Assembly: GCA_004298385.1 (NCBI GenBank)
Contig: SCTX01000133.1
Coordinates: 3,672-67,671, forward strand
Source: Betaproteobacteria bacterium
GTDB taxonomy: Bacteria; Pseudomonadota; Gammaproteobacteria; Burkholderiales; SG8-39
Length of the DNA stretch: 64,000 bases
Direction of reading: 5' to 3'
Part shown: positions 30,947 through 42,170 of the stretch, in pieces
Layout: each line of letters starts with the position of its first letter
Position numbering within the stretch: position 1 is the stretch's first letter
Notes under the pieces: model-generated
What the model saw: only the letters and a program-made list of their open reading frames with translations
What the model was told of the DNA's origin: nothing
The model's database searches: none
Program-made: the position numbers and the translations under genes

Positions 30947-31143
30947 GAGTTCGCCACCCGCGCCAAGGTCGCCTGGGTGCGGCTCCCGCGCAAGGGGCGC
31001 GAAGCCGATCCGCTGGCGTGCCGAAGTGTCAAAAAAGCGGGCCGATGCGGGTGATCGCCCTGATCGACCATCCACGCGTGATGCGGCGCATCCTCTCGCA
31101 CCATGCGCTGACCCCACGCCTTTCAGAATTCGCTCCAAATTGA
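30947..31143 (+). pseudogene. Decayed C-terminal remnant of an IS91-family (Y2) transposase
   Basis: Two frames together read ...WVRLPRKGREADPLAC / PKCQKSGPMRVIALIDHPRVMRRILSHHAL. This resembles the zinc-ribbon and ...IAxIxDPxVxxxILxHLGL C-terminus of IS91-type transposases. A 1-nt gap near 31019-31023 separates the frames, and there is no upstream catalytic part. Confidence 0.45.
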
Positions 31144-31301
31144 CGTAAGCGGCATTGCAATGGGCCGAGCGCAGGCGCAAAATGTTCTCAGCGCAATGCT
31201 CGGCAGCACTGAATCAGCGCCAGACCGTCGCTATCGGCAAGACGCGCGAAAAGAGGCAGGATTGAATTTCCTATCATTGACCTGACAACAGGAGCAACGG
31301 C

Positions 31302-32282
31302 ATGAAGAAAAGTATTCCAGGATTGGTCGCCACCCTCTGCGCGCTGGTGTGCGCGTTGACCGTCGGTAGCGCCTTGGCGCAGGGCCGCTACCCCGACAAG
31401 CCGGTCAAGGTGCTGGTCGGGTATGCGCCGGGCGGATGGCCCGATGCCATCGCCAGGGTCGTCGGCCAGAAGCTGGCCGAGATCTGGGGCCAGCCAGTCG
31501 TGGTCGACAACCGGCCTGGCGCCAATGGCAGCTTAGCCGCCGACTTGCTCGCCAAGGCGGCGCCCGATGGCTATACCCTGCTGTTGGCGGACAGTACGGT
31601 CTTGGCGGTCAATCCGCTCATTTACCTCAAACTGCCGTACAGCGCAAAGGATCTGCTGCCGGTCGTGCTCGCCGCCACAGCGCCGATGTTTCTTGCCGTG
31701 CACAAATCGCTGCCGGTGAATTCGCTGCAGGAACTGATCGCGATGGCGAAAGCCCAGCCCGGCAAGCTGAACTATGGCTCTTCAGGCATAGGCAGTCCCC
31801 ATCACCTGTCGATGGAATCCATGATTTCGGCGCTCGGCCTGGACATCACGCACGTGCCGTACAAGGGCAGCGGCCAGTCGGTCCCGGCGCTGGTCGGCGG
31901 GCAGGTACCGATGTTGTTCGCGGCCTATCCGTCGCTCGCCTCGCATGTGAAGGCCGGCACGGTGAAGCTGATCGCATCGAACGCGATCAAGCGCGCCACA
32001 TTCGCGCCCGAGGTGCCGACGATCGCCGAGTTGGCGATCCCGAACTATAATTTCGCCGTGTCGGGCGGAATCTTCGCCCCGGCGGGTACGCCGCGCGAGG
32101 TCGTCAACAAGATCGCGGCGGACATAAGCCGCGTGGTCAGGATGCCCGACGTGATGGAGAAATTTACCGGCATGGGCACCGAATCCGCGGGCGGCTCGCC
32201 CGAGGATTATGCGGCACTGCTCAAGGGTGACGTCGAAAACTGGGGACGGGCGGTTAAGGCGGCGGGAATGAAACCCGAGTAA
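31302..32282 (+). CDS. Bug-family (TctC-like) tripartite tricarboxylate transporter substrate-binding protein
   Basis: 326 aa. It has a signal peptide and the YPDKPVKVLVGYAPGG motif. No tctA or tctB gene is adjacent. Confidence 0.85.
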   Translation: MKKSIPGLVATLCALVCALTVGSALAQGRYPDKPVKVLVGYAPGGWPDAIARVVGQKLAEIWGQPVVVDNRPGANGSLAADLLAKAAPDGYTLLLADSTVLAVNPLIYLKLPYSAKDLLPVVLAATAPMFLAVHKSLPVNSLQELIAMAKAQPGKLNYGSSGIGSPHHLSMESMISALGLDITHVPYKGSGQSVPALVGGQVPMLFAAYPSLASHVKAGTVKLIASNAIKRATFAPEVPTIAELAIPNYNFAVSGGIFAPAGTPREVVNKIAADISRVVRMPDVMEKFTGMGTESAGGSPEDYAALLKGDVENWGRAVKAAGMKPE

Positions 32283-32313
32283 TTCCATTTCTAATTCGCG
32301 AGTGAACTAGAAC

Positions 32314-34614
32314 CTAGCGTAGCGTGAGCACAATCGGCTCCAGCGCTTCGCCCGGCGGCAGCACCCGGCCGATGGCCGCCGCATGCGCGTACCCCAGTGC
32401 GCGCAGGGTCTCCAGGCAGGCCGCTACACGCTCCTGCGGGATGCTGGCGAGCAGCCCCCCGGCGGTCTGCGGATCGAAGATCAGGGCATAGCGCGGATGG
32501 CTCACCGCTTCCTGCTGGTTGCGTAGCGCGCGGCGCAGTCGCACGTTGGCCGGCTGCAGCGAGCTGAGGATTCCGGCCGCGCTGGTCTCCTCGGCGCCCT
32601 CCAGGACGGGCAGCGCCGCAAGGTTCAGTTCCGCGTCCACGCCCGAGGGTCGGGTCATCTCCAGCAGATGCCCAAGCAAACCAAAGCCGGTCAGGTCGGT
32701 ACAGGCACTGGCGCCATGCTCACGCAGGCACTGCGCCCCCAGGCGGTTCGACTGGCACATCGAGACCAGGGCCGCGTCGATCCAGCGGCCGCGGGCTGCC
32801 AGGCGCGCATGCGCCGCAAACAGCGTGCCGGTGCCGATCGGCTTGGTGAGGATCAGCGCGTCGCCCGGCCGCATGCCGCTCTTCTTCATCACCGACGCGA
32901 GATCTTCATCCACCAGGCCGTTGACGGCAAAACCCAGCGCCAGCTCTTTTCCCTCGCCGGTGTGGCCTCCCACCAGCGCGCAGTTCGCATCGTTAAGCAC
33001 TTCGACCGCGCCGGACATCATCTGAAATAATACGTCCTCTACCTTGGCTTCCAGCCCGGCGGGTACGGTGACGATCGCCGTGGCCGATTGTGCCTCGGCC
33101 CCCATCGCGAAAATGTCTCCCAGCGCATGGTTGGCCGCGATCTTGCCGAAGAGGTAGGGGTCATCGATGAAGGCGCGGAAGAAATCCACCGTGTGCACCA
33201 TTGCCTTGCCCGGCGGCACGCGCACCACCGCGGCGTCGTCGGGCGCGTGCAAGCCGATCAACACGTCGTCGCGAGCGACGGGATCGAGCGCGCCGAGTGC
33301 GCGCGCGAGCACCGTGGCGCCGACTTTCGCGCCGCAGCCGCCGCAGCGCATGGCGATTGCGGAGATGGCTTGCGCGGCCTCCTCCCGATCGAGCTTGACC
33401 GATGATGGTGCTTCCGCGGGCTCGGATTCCATGTCCGGAAGCTGGTTGAACTTGAGCATGAAGCGGCGGTCGATCCAATCCTTCCAGCGCCACACCCAGG
33501 CGCCCTGGAACCCGAGCGCGCCGCGCGAAGCCACGGCATACCGATCGCCGGTGCTGATCAGCGCGAGCCACTTGCTCTGCGGGCGGTAGGGTTTGAGCGC
33601 TCCGCCCTCGACGGCGCGGCGCAGGTTCTCTGCCAGCGGTAATGCCTGCCGCACCGCGAATACTCCCGCCTTTTCGCGCGGGTGGTTCACCATGCTGGCG
33701 ATGTCGCCCGCGGCAAACACTTTCGGGTCGGTCAGCGTCTGTAGGGTATCGGTCACCTGAATGAAACCGTCGGCATCCAGAGCGAGGCCGGTATCGCGCA
33801 GCCACGGCGCGCCGCCCGCGCGCGTGACCCAGACGATTTCGTCGGCGTCCACCGTTTCGCCGCGCGTTGTTTGCAGGCATGCCGCCGACACCTGATTGAC
33901 CTCGGCGTTGCAATGCAGACCGACACCGCGTTTGGCCAGCACCCGCTCGAATGCGCGGCGCACCGAAGCATTGTGGGTCGGCAGGATGATCGGATCGCCG
34001 GTCAGCAAGTGGAAGCTGAGCTCATCGGGGTTACGCCCCGACGCGCGCAGCTCCTTGCGCAAGCGGTACTGCATCGCCAGAGTCAACTCGACCCCGCCGG
34101 CGCCGGCGCCGACCACGGCGATGCGCGTGACCCCGGCGTGTTTGCGCACGCGCTCGAGCAGCAACCGCCAGCGCTGGTTGAAGTCGTTGATCGGTTTCAC
34201 CGGCACGGCGTGCTCGGCTGCGCCGGCCACATTGTTCATCTGCGGCGTGGAGCCGATGTTTATCGACAGATAGTCGTAGGGCACCGGCGGGCGATTGCGG
34301 CAGAGCACCTCGCCTGCGTCGCGGTCCAGCCCCAGCGCTTCATCGCGAAACAGACGCGCGCCGGCAAACCGGGCCAGCCTTGAGAGGTCGATGTGGACTT
34401 CGTCGTAACTGTAGTGTCCCGCGATATAGCCCGGCAGCATGCCGGAATACGGCGTGTGGGTGTCGCGGCAGATCACGGTCAAGCGGACACCGGGCAAGGG
34501 ATGCATGCCGAAGCGCCTGAGCACGCCGACATGACTGTGCCCGCCGCCGACGAGCACGATATCCCGGAGGATCGGTTGATCCGGCGATTGCATCGCGAAA
34601 ACCCTTTCATGCAT
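32314..34614 (-). CDS. selD: Fusion protein: FAD/NAD(P)-dependent pyridine nucleotide-disulfide oxidoreductase plus selenide, water dikinase
   Basis: 766 aa. The N-terminus has the VLVGGGHSH Rossmann motif. The SelD part begins around RCGGCGAKVG (Cys/Lys active-site loop) and shows AIR-synthase-like sequence to the end. Confidence 0.85.
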   Translation of the reverse strand: MHERVFAMQSPDQPILRDIVLVGGGHSHVGVLRRFGMHPLPGVRLTVICRDTHTPYSGMLPGYIAGHYSYDEVHIDLSRLARFAGARLFRDEALGLDRDAGEVLCRNRPPVPYDYLSINIGSTPQMNNVAGAAEHAVPVKPINDFNQRWRLLLERVRKHAGVTRIAVVGAGAGGVELTLAMQYRLRKELRASGRNPDELSFHLLTGDPIILPTHNASVRRAFERVLAKRGVGLHCNAEVNQVSAACLQTTRGETVDADEIVWVTRAGGAPWLRDTGLALDADGFIQVTDTLQTLTDPKVFAAGDIASMVNHPREKAGVFAVRQALPLAENLRRAVEGGALKPYRPQSKWLALISTGDRYAVASRGALGFQGAWVWRWKDWIDRRFMLKFNQLPDMESEPAEAPSSVKLDREEAAQAISAIAMRCGGCGAKVGATVLARALGALDPVARDDVLIGLHAPDDAAVVRVPPGKAMVHTVDFFRAFIDDPYLFGKIAANHALGDIFAMGAEAQSATAIVTVPAGLEAKVEDVLFQMMSGAVEVLNDANCALVGGHTGEGKELALGFAVNGLVDEDLASVMKKSGMRPGDALILTKPIGTGTLFAAHARLAARGRWIDAALVSMCQSNRLGAQCLREHGASACTDLTGFGLLGHLLEMTRPSGVDAELNLAALPVLEGAEETSAAGILSSLQPANVRLRRALRNQQEAVSHPRYALIFDPQTAGGLLASIPQERVAACLETLRALGYAHAAAIGRVLPPGEALEPIVLTLR

Positions 34615-34919
34615 GGCATGCCAACGGCGAATGATAGTGCAAAATTGATTCCCCGCTGCCGGCCAGCGCGGATGTCAGTGAACGAGTGGCGAGGCAATTG
34701 GTACAAGTGTTTTCAACGCCGGTCGCAAAGGTGCGCCTGGAGCGGAACTGCGAGTGCAACTGATGTTCGCAGCCGGCCGGCTCCGTCCCCGTCTGTCGGT
34801 TCGGATCTGTCGGGAGGATCTTGTGCATTTGTTCGGCCTCAAGTATGGTCATTACCTCGCAATAAAAGCCGGCAGCCGAGGCGCGCGGGCACGTAGAAAA
34901 CCGCTGCAATCGGAACACC

Positions 34920-35651
34920 ATGGAAAAAGTGCGCGTATCCAAACTGATGTCGCTGCAGGGTTTGTGCTCGCGCCGCGAAGCCGACAGCTACATCGAGCGC
35001 GGCTGGGTGTTCGTCGACGGCGAACGGGTTACCGAACTCGGCACGCGCATCGATCCGGCGAGCAGGATTACCTTGAACAAGGCCGCGCAGGCGAGCCAGC
35101 TCGCGCGCGTGACTATATTGCTGAATAAGCCGGTCGGCTACGTGTCGGCGCAGGCCGAGCCGGGCTACCGCCCGGCCGTGAGCCTGATCAACGCCGAATC
35201 GCATTTTTCCGGCGATCGCTCGCGCGAGCGCTTTAGCCCGTTGCACTTGAGGGGCCTCGCCCCGGCCGGGCGCCTCGATATCGATTCGCAAGGCCTGCTG
35301 GTGCTGACGCAGGATGGGCGCATCGCCAAGCAGTTGATCGGCGAGAATTCCGCGATCGAGAAGGAATATTTGGTGCGTGTTAAGGGCAGCCTGTCCAGGG
35401 CCGGCTTGGCGCTGCTCAATCATGGCCTGTCGCTGGATGGGGAGGCGCTGCGGCCAGCGCAGGTGGGTTGGCTCAATCAGGATCAGTTGCGCTTCATTCT
35501 GTGCCAGGGCAAAAAGCGCCAGATCCGGCGCATGTGCGAGCTGGTCGGCCTGGAGGTGGTCGGCCTCAAGCGCATTCGTATCGGCAAGGTGACTCTGGGC
35601 GAACTCCCGACCGGCCAATGGCGCTACCTGCGCGCGGACGAGGTCTTCTAG
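34920..35651 (+). CDS. Pseudouridine synthase with S4 domain (RluF/RsuA family)
   Basis: 243 aa. It has the S4-like N-terminus [20 protein letters not shown] and the catalytic [14 protein letters not shown] motif. Confidence 0.85.
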   Translation: MEKVRVSKLMSLQGLCSRREADSYIERGWVFVDGERVTELGTRIDPASRITLNKAAQASQLARVTILLNKPVGYVSAQAEPGYRPAVSLINAESHFSGDRSRERFSPLHLRGLAPAGRLDIDSQGLLVLTQDGRIAKQLIGENSAIEKEYLVRVKGSLSRAGLALLNHGLSLDGEALRPAQVGWLNQDQLRFILCQGKKRQIRRMCELVGLEVVGLKRIRIGKVTLGELPTGQWRYLRADEVF

Positions 35652-35669
35652 GTGCGAGCCTGCGGCAAA

Positions 35670-36335
35670 TCAGCCACGCGCTTTCATCGCATGCGCAACT
35701 TCGCATAACTCCTGCATATGGCGGTCCTCGATTCCATGCGCGCGCAGGGCCTCCGCGGTGTGCAGCAGATAGTCTATTCCCGGTCCCATGCGGCCATGGC
35801 AGGTCATCAGACGCTCGATGATGGTCTCCGGCGGCAGTCTGCCAGCGTAGGCCGGGCTCGCGCGGTTGATGGTAAAAGCGATGGCGCGGAACCGGGTCTC
35901 GCCGTCGCTGACCTGCACCCAGCGCGGTACATAGGCGCCCAGCATCATCTCGCGCCGCCAGACGAGGCGCAGTTCGTGCTCGACCTGATCCTGGGCAATG
36001 CGGTAGGCGACGCCGCGGCAGCGCCCGCCGCGGTCCAGGCCCAGCACCAGCCCCGGCCGGTCCGGCGTGCCGCGGTTGATGCGCGACCACAGGCAGAAAC
36101 TGCGGTGATAGCCGTGGGTGGTGACCACGCGTTTTTCTTCGAAATGGAACAGAGGATTCCACACCAGCGAGCCATAGCCGAACACCCAGCAGTCCGCCCC
36201 GGTTTCGGCCTGCTGCAGAATCTGCCACAACGATTCTTCCCGCTCCGCGTCGCTGAGCAGATGCGGGCCGAGCGGAGTCTGCACCAACTCCTGGCGGATG
36301 CGGTCGCGTTCGAGGTCGGCGCGGGTGAGGCTCAT
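35670..36335 (-). CDS. chaC: ChaC-family gamma-glutamylcyclotransferase
   Basis: 221 aa. The WVFGYGSLVWNP motif is present. It lies 13 nt downstream of the ior-like gene on the same strand. Confidence 0.85.
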   Translation of the reverse strand: MSLTRADLERDRIRQELVQTPLGPHLLSDAEREESLWQILQQAETGADCWVFGYGSLVWNPLFHFEEKRVVTTHGYHRSFCLWSRINRGTPDRPGLVLGLDRGGRCRGVAYRIAQDQVEHELRLVWRREMMLGAYVPRWVQVSDGETRFRAIAFTINRASPAYAGRLPPETIIERLMTCHGRMGPGIDYLLHTAEALRAHGIEDRHMQELCEVAHAMKARG

Positions 36336-36348
36336 GCCGCCGTAAAGT

Positions 36349-39300
36349 TTACGCCGCCCTGGCGGTCTGCTCGACCGGTGCGTTGAATTTTGCCAGCAGT
36401 TCGGCGCGCTGCTTTTGCGCCAGCTTGAGATGGCGCATTTTGACGTGCCCGTAGCCGCGGATCATCTCGGGGACGCTGGCGATCTCGAGCGCAAGCGTGT
36501 GGTTCGCGGGCGTGAGCTTGGCCAGCAATTGCTCCACTGTAGCCGCGTACTCGGTGATCAGCGCCCGCTCGGCGCGGCGCTCTTCGGTGCGGCCGAAGAT
36601 GTCGAGCGCGGTGCCGCGCAGGCCTTTGAACTTCGCCAGCAGCCGGAACGCGCGCATCATCCATGGGCCAAAGGTGGATTTCTTCGCTTCGCCGGTCGCG
36701 GGGTCGGGCTTGTTCAAAATGGGCGGGGCAAGATGGAACACCACTTTGTAGTCACCCTCGAACATGCCTTCGATTTTCTGCATGAACGCGGGGTCCGAGT
36801 GCAACCGGGCGACCTCGTACTCGTCCTTGTACGCCATGAGCTTCGCGTAATAGCGCGCCACGGCTTCGGTAAGCTTGGTGCTGTTGGTTTTCTCGGATTC
36901 GACCCGCCGCACTTTGTCGACGAAATCCTTGTAGCGCGCCGCATAGGCGGCGTCCTGATAGGTGGTGAGCAAGTCCACGCGGCGCGCCAGCAGTTCGTCC
37001 AAATTGCGCGACTGATGCTGGTTGAGGGGAATGACCTCGGCCGGGACGGCGATCTTTTCCACGCGCGCCGGATCGACAGCGGCGCGCCGGCCCCAGAGGA
37101 AGCTGTTCAGGTTGAATTCGACCTCCACGCCGTTCAATTCGATCGCTTTCTCCAAGGCCGCGCCGGAAACCGGCACCCAGCCTTTCTGCCAGGCGTAGCC
37201 GAGCATGAACATGTTGGTGGCGATGGAATCGCCCATCAAGTTGGTGGAAAGACTTCCTGCGGAAACGAAGTCCACGTTGTTCTTGCCGCAGGCTTCGGCG
37301 ATGTCGTGCTGCAGCTTGCTGCCCGGGAGCTGCCAGTTCGGGTTGCGCACGAACTCCGCGGTCGGCGCGGTGGTGGCGTTGATCACGGCGCGCGTCTTAG
37401 GCGCGCTCATCTTGGCCAGTGCCTCCGGGTTGGCCGCAACCACCAGGTCGCATCCGATCACCAGGCTCGCCTGGCCGGTGCCGATGCGTGCCGCGTGCAG
37501 GTCTTCAGGTTGGTTCGCTATGCGCACATGCGACATCACCGGACCGCCCTTCTGCGCCAGCCCCGACATGTCGAGCACGGTCACGCCCTTGCCCTCTAGG
37601 TGCGCGGCCATCGCCAGTATCTGGCCGATGGTGACGACACCGGTGCCGCCGATGCCGGTCACCAGCACGCCGTAAGCACCGTCTATGAGGGCCGGCGCGG
37701 GCTCGGACAGGGCGGGAAAATCGTCGGTCGATCTTGCCGTGCCCGCCTTGCCTTTCCTCAGCTTGCCGCCTTCGATCGTTACGAAACTCGGGCAGAATCC
37801 GTTCACGCAGGAATAATCCTTGTTGCAAGTGGACTGGTTGATCGTGCGCTTGCGGCCGTATTCGGTCTCCAGCGGCTCCACCGACAGGCAGTTGGATTTA
37901 TCGCTGCAGTCGCCGCAGCCCTCGCACACCATTTCGTTGATGACGGCGCGCTTGGCCGGATCGGGAAAGGCGCCGCGTTTGCGCCGGCGGCGTTTTTCCG
38001 AGGCGCAGGTCTGGTCGTAGATGATGGCCGACACGCCCGGCAGCTCGCGCAGTTCGCGCTGTACCGCATCGAGCTCGTCGCGATGGCGCACGCTTACCCC
38101 CGGCGCCCAGTCGATGCCTGCGGGATATTTCTCCGGCTCGTCGGTGACGATGACGACGGGGTTCACCCCTTCGGCGGCGATCTGGCGCGAGATCGCCGCC
38201 GGATCGAGCGGGCCATCGTGTTTCTGGCCGCCGGTCATCGCCACGGCGTCGTTGTACAGGATCTTGTAGGTCATGCTGACCTTGGCCGCGCAGGCGGCGC
38301 GGATCGCCATCAGCCCGGAGTGGTAATAAGTGCCATCACCGATGTTGGCGAAAATGTGCTTGGTGTTCGAGAACGGCGCCTGGCCGATCCAGGGCGCGCC
38401 TTCACCGCCCATGTGGGTGAAGGTCGAAGTGCTGCGGTCCATCCATAGCGCCATGAAGTGGCAGCCGATGCCGGCGGTGGCGCGGCTGCCTTCCGGCACG
38501 CGGGTGGAGGTGTTGTGCGGACAGCCGGAGCAATAATAGGGCTGACGCTGCGTCACTACCTGCGGTTTGGCGAGCGCTTTCTCCTTGAATTCGAGAAAGG
38601 CGAGGCGCTCGCGATAGCGTGCACCCAGTTGTTGATCCAGACCGAGTTTTGCGAGCCGGCCGGCGATCGCCTTGGCGATCATCGCAGGCGAAAGTTCGTA
38701 ACTTGCCGGCAACAGCCAGGTGCCAGCGGGCTGGCCCTCGGCCTGGCTCCATTCGCCGTTGTCGTCGAACTTGCCGACCACGCGCGGCGGTCTCATTTTG
38801 CCGAGGGCATCCGCGCGCCATTCGTACAACTCTTCCTTGATCTGGTATTCGATCAGCTGGCGTTTCTCTTCCACCACCAGGATTTCTTCCAGGCCCTGGG
38901 CGAATTTGCGCGCGCCCTGCGGCTCCAGCGGCCAGCTCATGGCCACCTTGTACAGACGGATGCCCAAATTGCGTGCAATGTTTTCGTCTATGCCCAGATC
39001 CGTAAGTGCCTGCATGGTGTCGCCGTAGGACTTGCCGGTGGTAACGATGCCCAGCCGCGCGCTCGGCGAGTCCCAGACGATGCGGTCAAGGCCGTTGGCG
39101 CGCACATAGGCAAGCGCGGCATAGAGTTTGTAGTTGAGCAGACGCACTTCCTGCTCGAGGATGGCGTCGGGCCAGCGGATGCCCAGGCCGCCAGGCGGCA
39201 AGACGAAGTCGGTCGGAATCTTCACCTGCACCCGATGTGGATCGATAGTGACCGAAGCGCCCGATTCGATCACGTCGGTGACGCATTTGAACCCGACCCA

Positions 39301-39897
39301 GAGGCCGGCGTAGCGCGACATGGCAAAGCCGTGCAGGCCGAAATCCAGATACTCCTGGACGCTGGCCGGGTTCAGTACCGGGATACAGCAGGCTTTTAGT
39401 ATGTGTTCGCTCTGGTGCGCCAGCGTCGACGATTTGGCCGCATGATCGTCGCCGGCGAGCACCAGCACGCCGCCATATTTGGAGGTACCGGCCGCATTGG
39501 CATGCTTGAATACGTCGCCACAGCGGTCCACGCCCGGACCTTTGCCGTACCACATGGAGAACACGCCGTCATACTTGGCATCATTAAACAGGTTGAGCTG
39601 CTGCGTGCCCCAGATGGAGGTCGCCGCAAGGTCTTCGTTCACGCCGGGCTGGAACTTGATGTGGTGGGCCTCGAGGTGCTTTTTCGCGCCGTGCATCCCC
39701 TGGTCTATACCGGCCAGGGGAGAGCCGCGATAGCCGGAGATGAAACCCGCAGTGTTGAGGCCGGCGGCGAGGTCGCGCTCGCGCTGCAGCATGGGCAGGC
39801 GCACCAGGGCCTGGGTGCCGGTGAGGAAGGCACGGCCGGAATCCAGCGTATACTTATCATCCAGCGTGACTTCGTGGAACTTGGCTGGGGCGTTCAT
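36349..39897 (-). CDS. Indolepyruvate:ferredoxin oxidoreductase family protein (fused alpha/beta)
   Basis: 1182 aa. It has a TPP-binding region (GDGTYYHSG) and the Fe-S cluster motif CEGCGDCSDKSNC. Confidence 0.9.
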   Translation of the reverse strand: MNAPAKFHEVTLDDKYTLDSGRAFLTGTQALVRLPMLQRERDLAAGLNTAGFISGYRGSPLAGIDQGMHGAKKHLEAHHIKFQPGVNEDLAATSIWGTQQLNLFNDAKYDGVFSMWYGKGPGVDRCGDVFKHANAAGTSKYGGVLVLAGDDHAAKSSTLAHQSEHILKACCIPVLNPASVQEYLDFGLHGFAMSRYAGLWVGFKCVTDVIESGASVTIDPHRVQVKIPTDFVLPPGGLGIRWPDAILEQEVRLLNYKLYAALAYVRANGLDRIVWDSPSARLGIVTTGKSYGDTMQALTDLGIDENIARNLGIRLYKVAMSWPLEPQGARKFAQGLEEILVVEEKRQLIEYQIKEELYEWRADALGKMRPPRVVGKFDDNGEWSQAEGQPAGTWLLPASYELSPAMIAKAIAGRLAKLGLDQQLGARYRERLAFLEFKEKALAKPQVVTQRQPYYCSGCPHNTSTRVPEGSRATAGIGCHFMALWMDRSTSTFTHMGGEGAPWIGQAPFSNTKHIFANIGDGTYYHSGLMAIRAACAAKVSMTYKILYNDAVAMTGGQKHDGPLDPAAISRQIAAEGVNPVVIVTDEPEKYPAGIDWAPGVSVRHRDELDAVQRELRELPGVSAIIYDQTCASEKRRRRKRGAFPDPAKRAVINEMVCEGCGDCSDKSNCLSVEPLETEYGRKRTINQSTCNKDYSCVNGFCPSFVTIEGGKLRKGKAGTARSTDDFPALSEPAPALIDGAYGVLVTGIGGTGVVTIGQILAMAAHLEGKGVTVLDMSGLAQKGGPVMSHVRIANQPEDLHAARIGTGQASLVIGCDLVVAANPEALAKMSAPKTRAVINATTAPTAEFVRNPNWQLPGSKLQHDIAEACGKNNVDFVSAGSLSTNLMGDSIATNMFMLGYAWQKGWVPVSGAALEKAIELNGVEVEFNLNSFLWGRRAAVDPARVEKIAVPAEVIPLNQHQSRNLDELLARRVDLLTTYQDAAYAARYKDFVDKVRRVESEKTNSTKLTEAVARYYAKLMAYKDEYEVARLHSDPAFMQKIEGMFEGDYKVVFHLAPPILNKPDPATGEAKKSTFGPWMMRAFRLLAKFKGLRGTALDIFGRTEERRAERALITEYAATVEQLLAKLTPANHTLALEIASVPEMIRGYGHVKMRHLKLAQKQRAELLAKFNAPVEQTARAA

Positions 39898-40077
39898 TGG
39901 GGATCTCCTTGCCGATGAACCAATCGCCGTAGGATGCGGAGCGACGTACTTTTTGACAGCTAGTATATGCCTGGGGTTCGGAAATATCTTGCCTTTATGT
40001 GCCTAGACATAGGACGATTCGGAATTCGGAATAGCGTCAACGAATCATTAGAAGGCGTCCGGGCGTCCGAACTTGGT

Positions 40078-40106
40078 TTGACCGCCGGCATGAAAAAGCG
40101 CATAAT
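40078..40106 (+). promoter_or_regulatory. Candidate sigma70 promoter of the tRNA-tuf transcription unit
   Basis: TTGACC (40078-40083), a 17-nt spacer, then CATAAT (40101-40106). It lies 14 nt before the tRNA-Tyr 5' end. Confidence 0.5.
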
Positions 40107-40120
40107 TCTCCGTTTCGTTC

Positions 40121-40207
40121 GGAGGGGTGCCCGAGTGGTTAAAGGGGGCAGACTGTAAATCTGTTGGCCTTGCGCCTACGTTGGTTCGAATCCAACCTCC
40201 TCCACCA
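40121..40207 (+). tRNA. tRNA-Tyr (anticodon GTA), class II with long variable arm, CCA encoded
   Basis: Cloverleaf folded by hand. The anticodon loop is CTGTAAA and the T-loop GGTTCGAATCC. The acceptor GGAGGGG pairs with CTCCTCC (one G-U). Confidence 0.9.
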
Positions 40208-40267
40208 GTTTTTTGCGGCGCGGGTTGGCGGCGTGCGCTGGGTGGCGAAAGGGTTCGGTCGTGAAAC

Positions 40268-40341
40268 GCGGGTGTAGCTCAATGGTAGAGCAGAAGCCTT
40301 CCAAGCTTACGACGAGGGTTCGATTCCCTTCACCCGCTCCA
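40268..40341 (+). tRNA. tRNA-Gly (anticodon TCC)
   Basis: 74 nt. The acceptor pairs GCGGGTG with CACCCGC, the anticodon loop is CTTCCAA, and the T-loop is GGTTCGATTCC. Confidence 0.9.
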
Positions 40342-40384
40342 GCATGCCGGTCCCGGACAAGTCGACCTCAACAAAGCGGGTTGC

Positions 40385-40459
<75 letters not shown>

Positions 40460-40503
40460 TGAGTTGTGAGCAGTTTGATCATCGATAGAGAAGGACAATC
40501 ATC

Positions 40504-41694
<1,191 letters not shown>

Positions 41695-41769
41695 GGTGTG
41701 AAGCGCGGCGGGCGGGGACTGAACTGAAGCACCCGCCCATCCACGACTCACTCATAACCGGGAAATAAA

Positions 41770-42078
41770 ATGCAGAGCACCAAAATCAGAATTCGCCTCA
41801 AGGCGTTCGACTACCGCCTGATCGATCAGTCGGCGCTGGAGATCGTCGAGACCGCGAAACGCACCGGCGCCGTGGTGAAGGGGCCCGTACCCCTGCCCAC
41901 CCGCATCGAGCGCTTCGACGTGCTGCGTTCGCCGCACGTGAACAAAACCTCGCGCGACCAGTTCGAGATCCGCACCCACCTGCGGCTGATGGACATCATC
42001 GACCCCACCGACAAGACCGTGGATGCGCTGATGAAACTGGATCTTCCTGCCGGAGTCGACGTAGAGATCAAGCTGTAA
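41770..42078 (+). CDS. rpsJ: 30S ribosomal protein S10
   Basis: 102 aa with a conserved S10 sequence. It is the first gene of the S10 operon order. Confidence 0.98.
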   Translation: MQSTKIRIRLKAFDYRLIDQSALEIVETAKRTGAVVKGPVPLPTRIERFDVLRSPHVNKTSRDQFEIRTHLRLMDIIDPTDKTVDALMKLDLPAGVDVEIKL

Positions 42079-42170
42079 TCGCCGTACTGCGCGCGCCAAA
42101 AAAAACCAAGGGCGCGTAATGATGATTGCCGGCCAATTGTAGTCGGCGCCTTTTAACGAAGGGAAAGAAG

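Noticed and set aside
41710-41738. Hairpin GGGCGGG...CCCGCCC between tuf and rpsJ as a terminator.
   Set aside because: It has a 7-bp stem, a 15-nt loop and no T-run. That is too weak to annotate.
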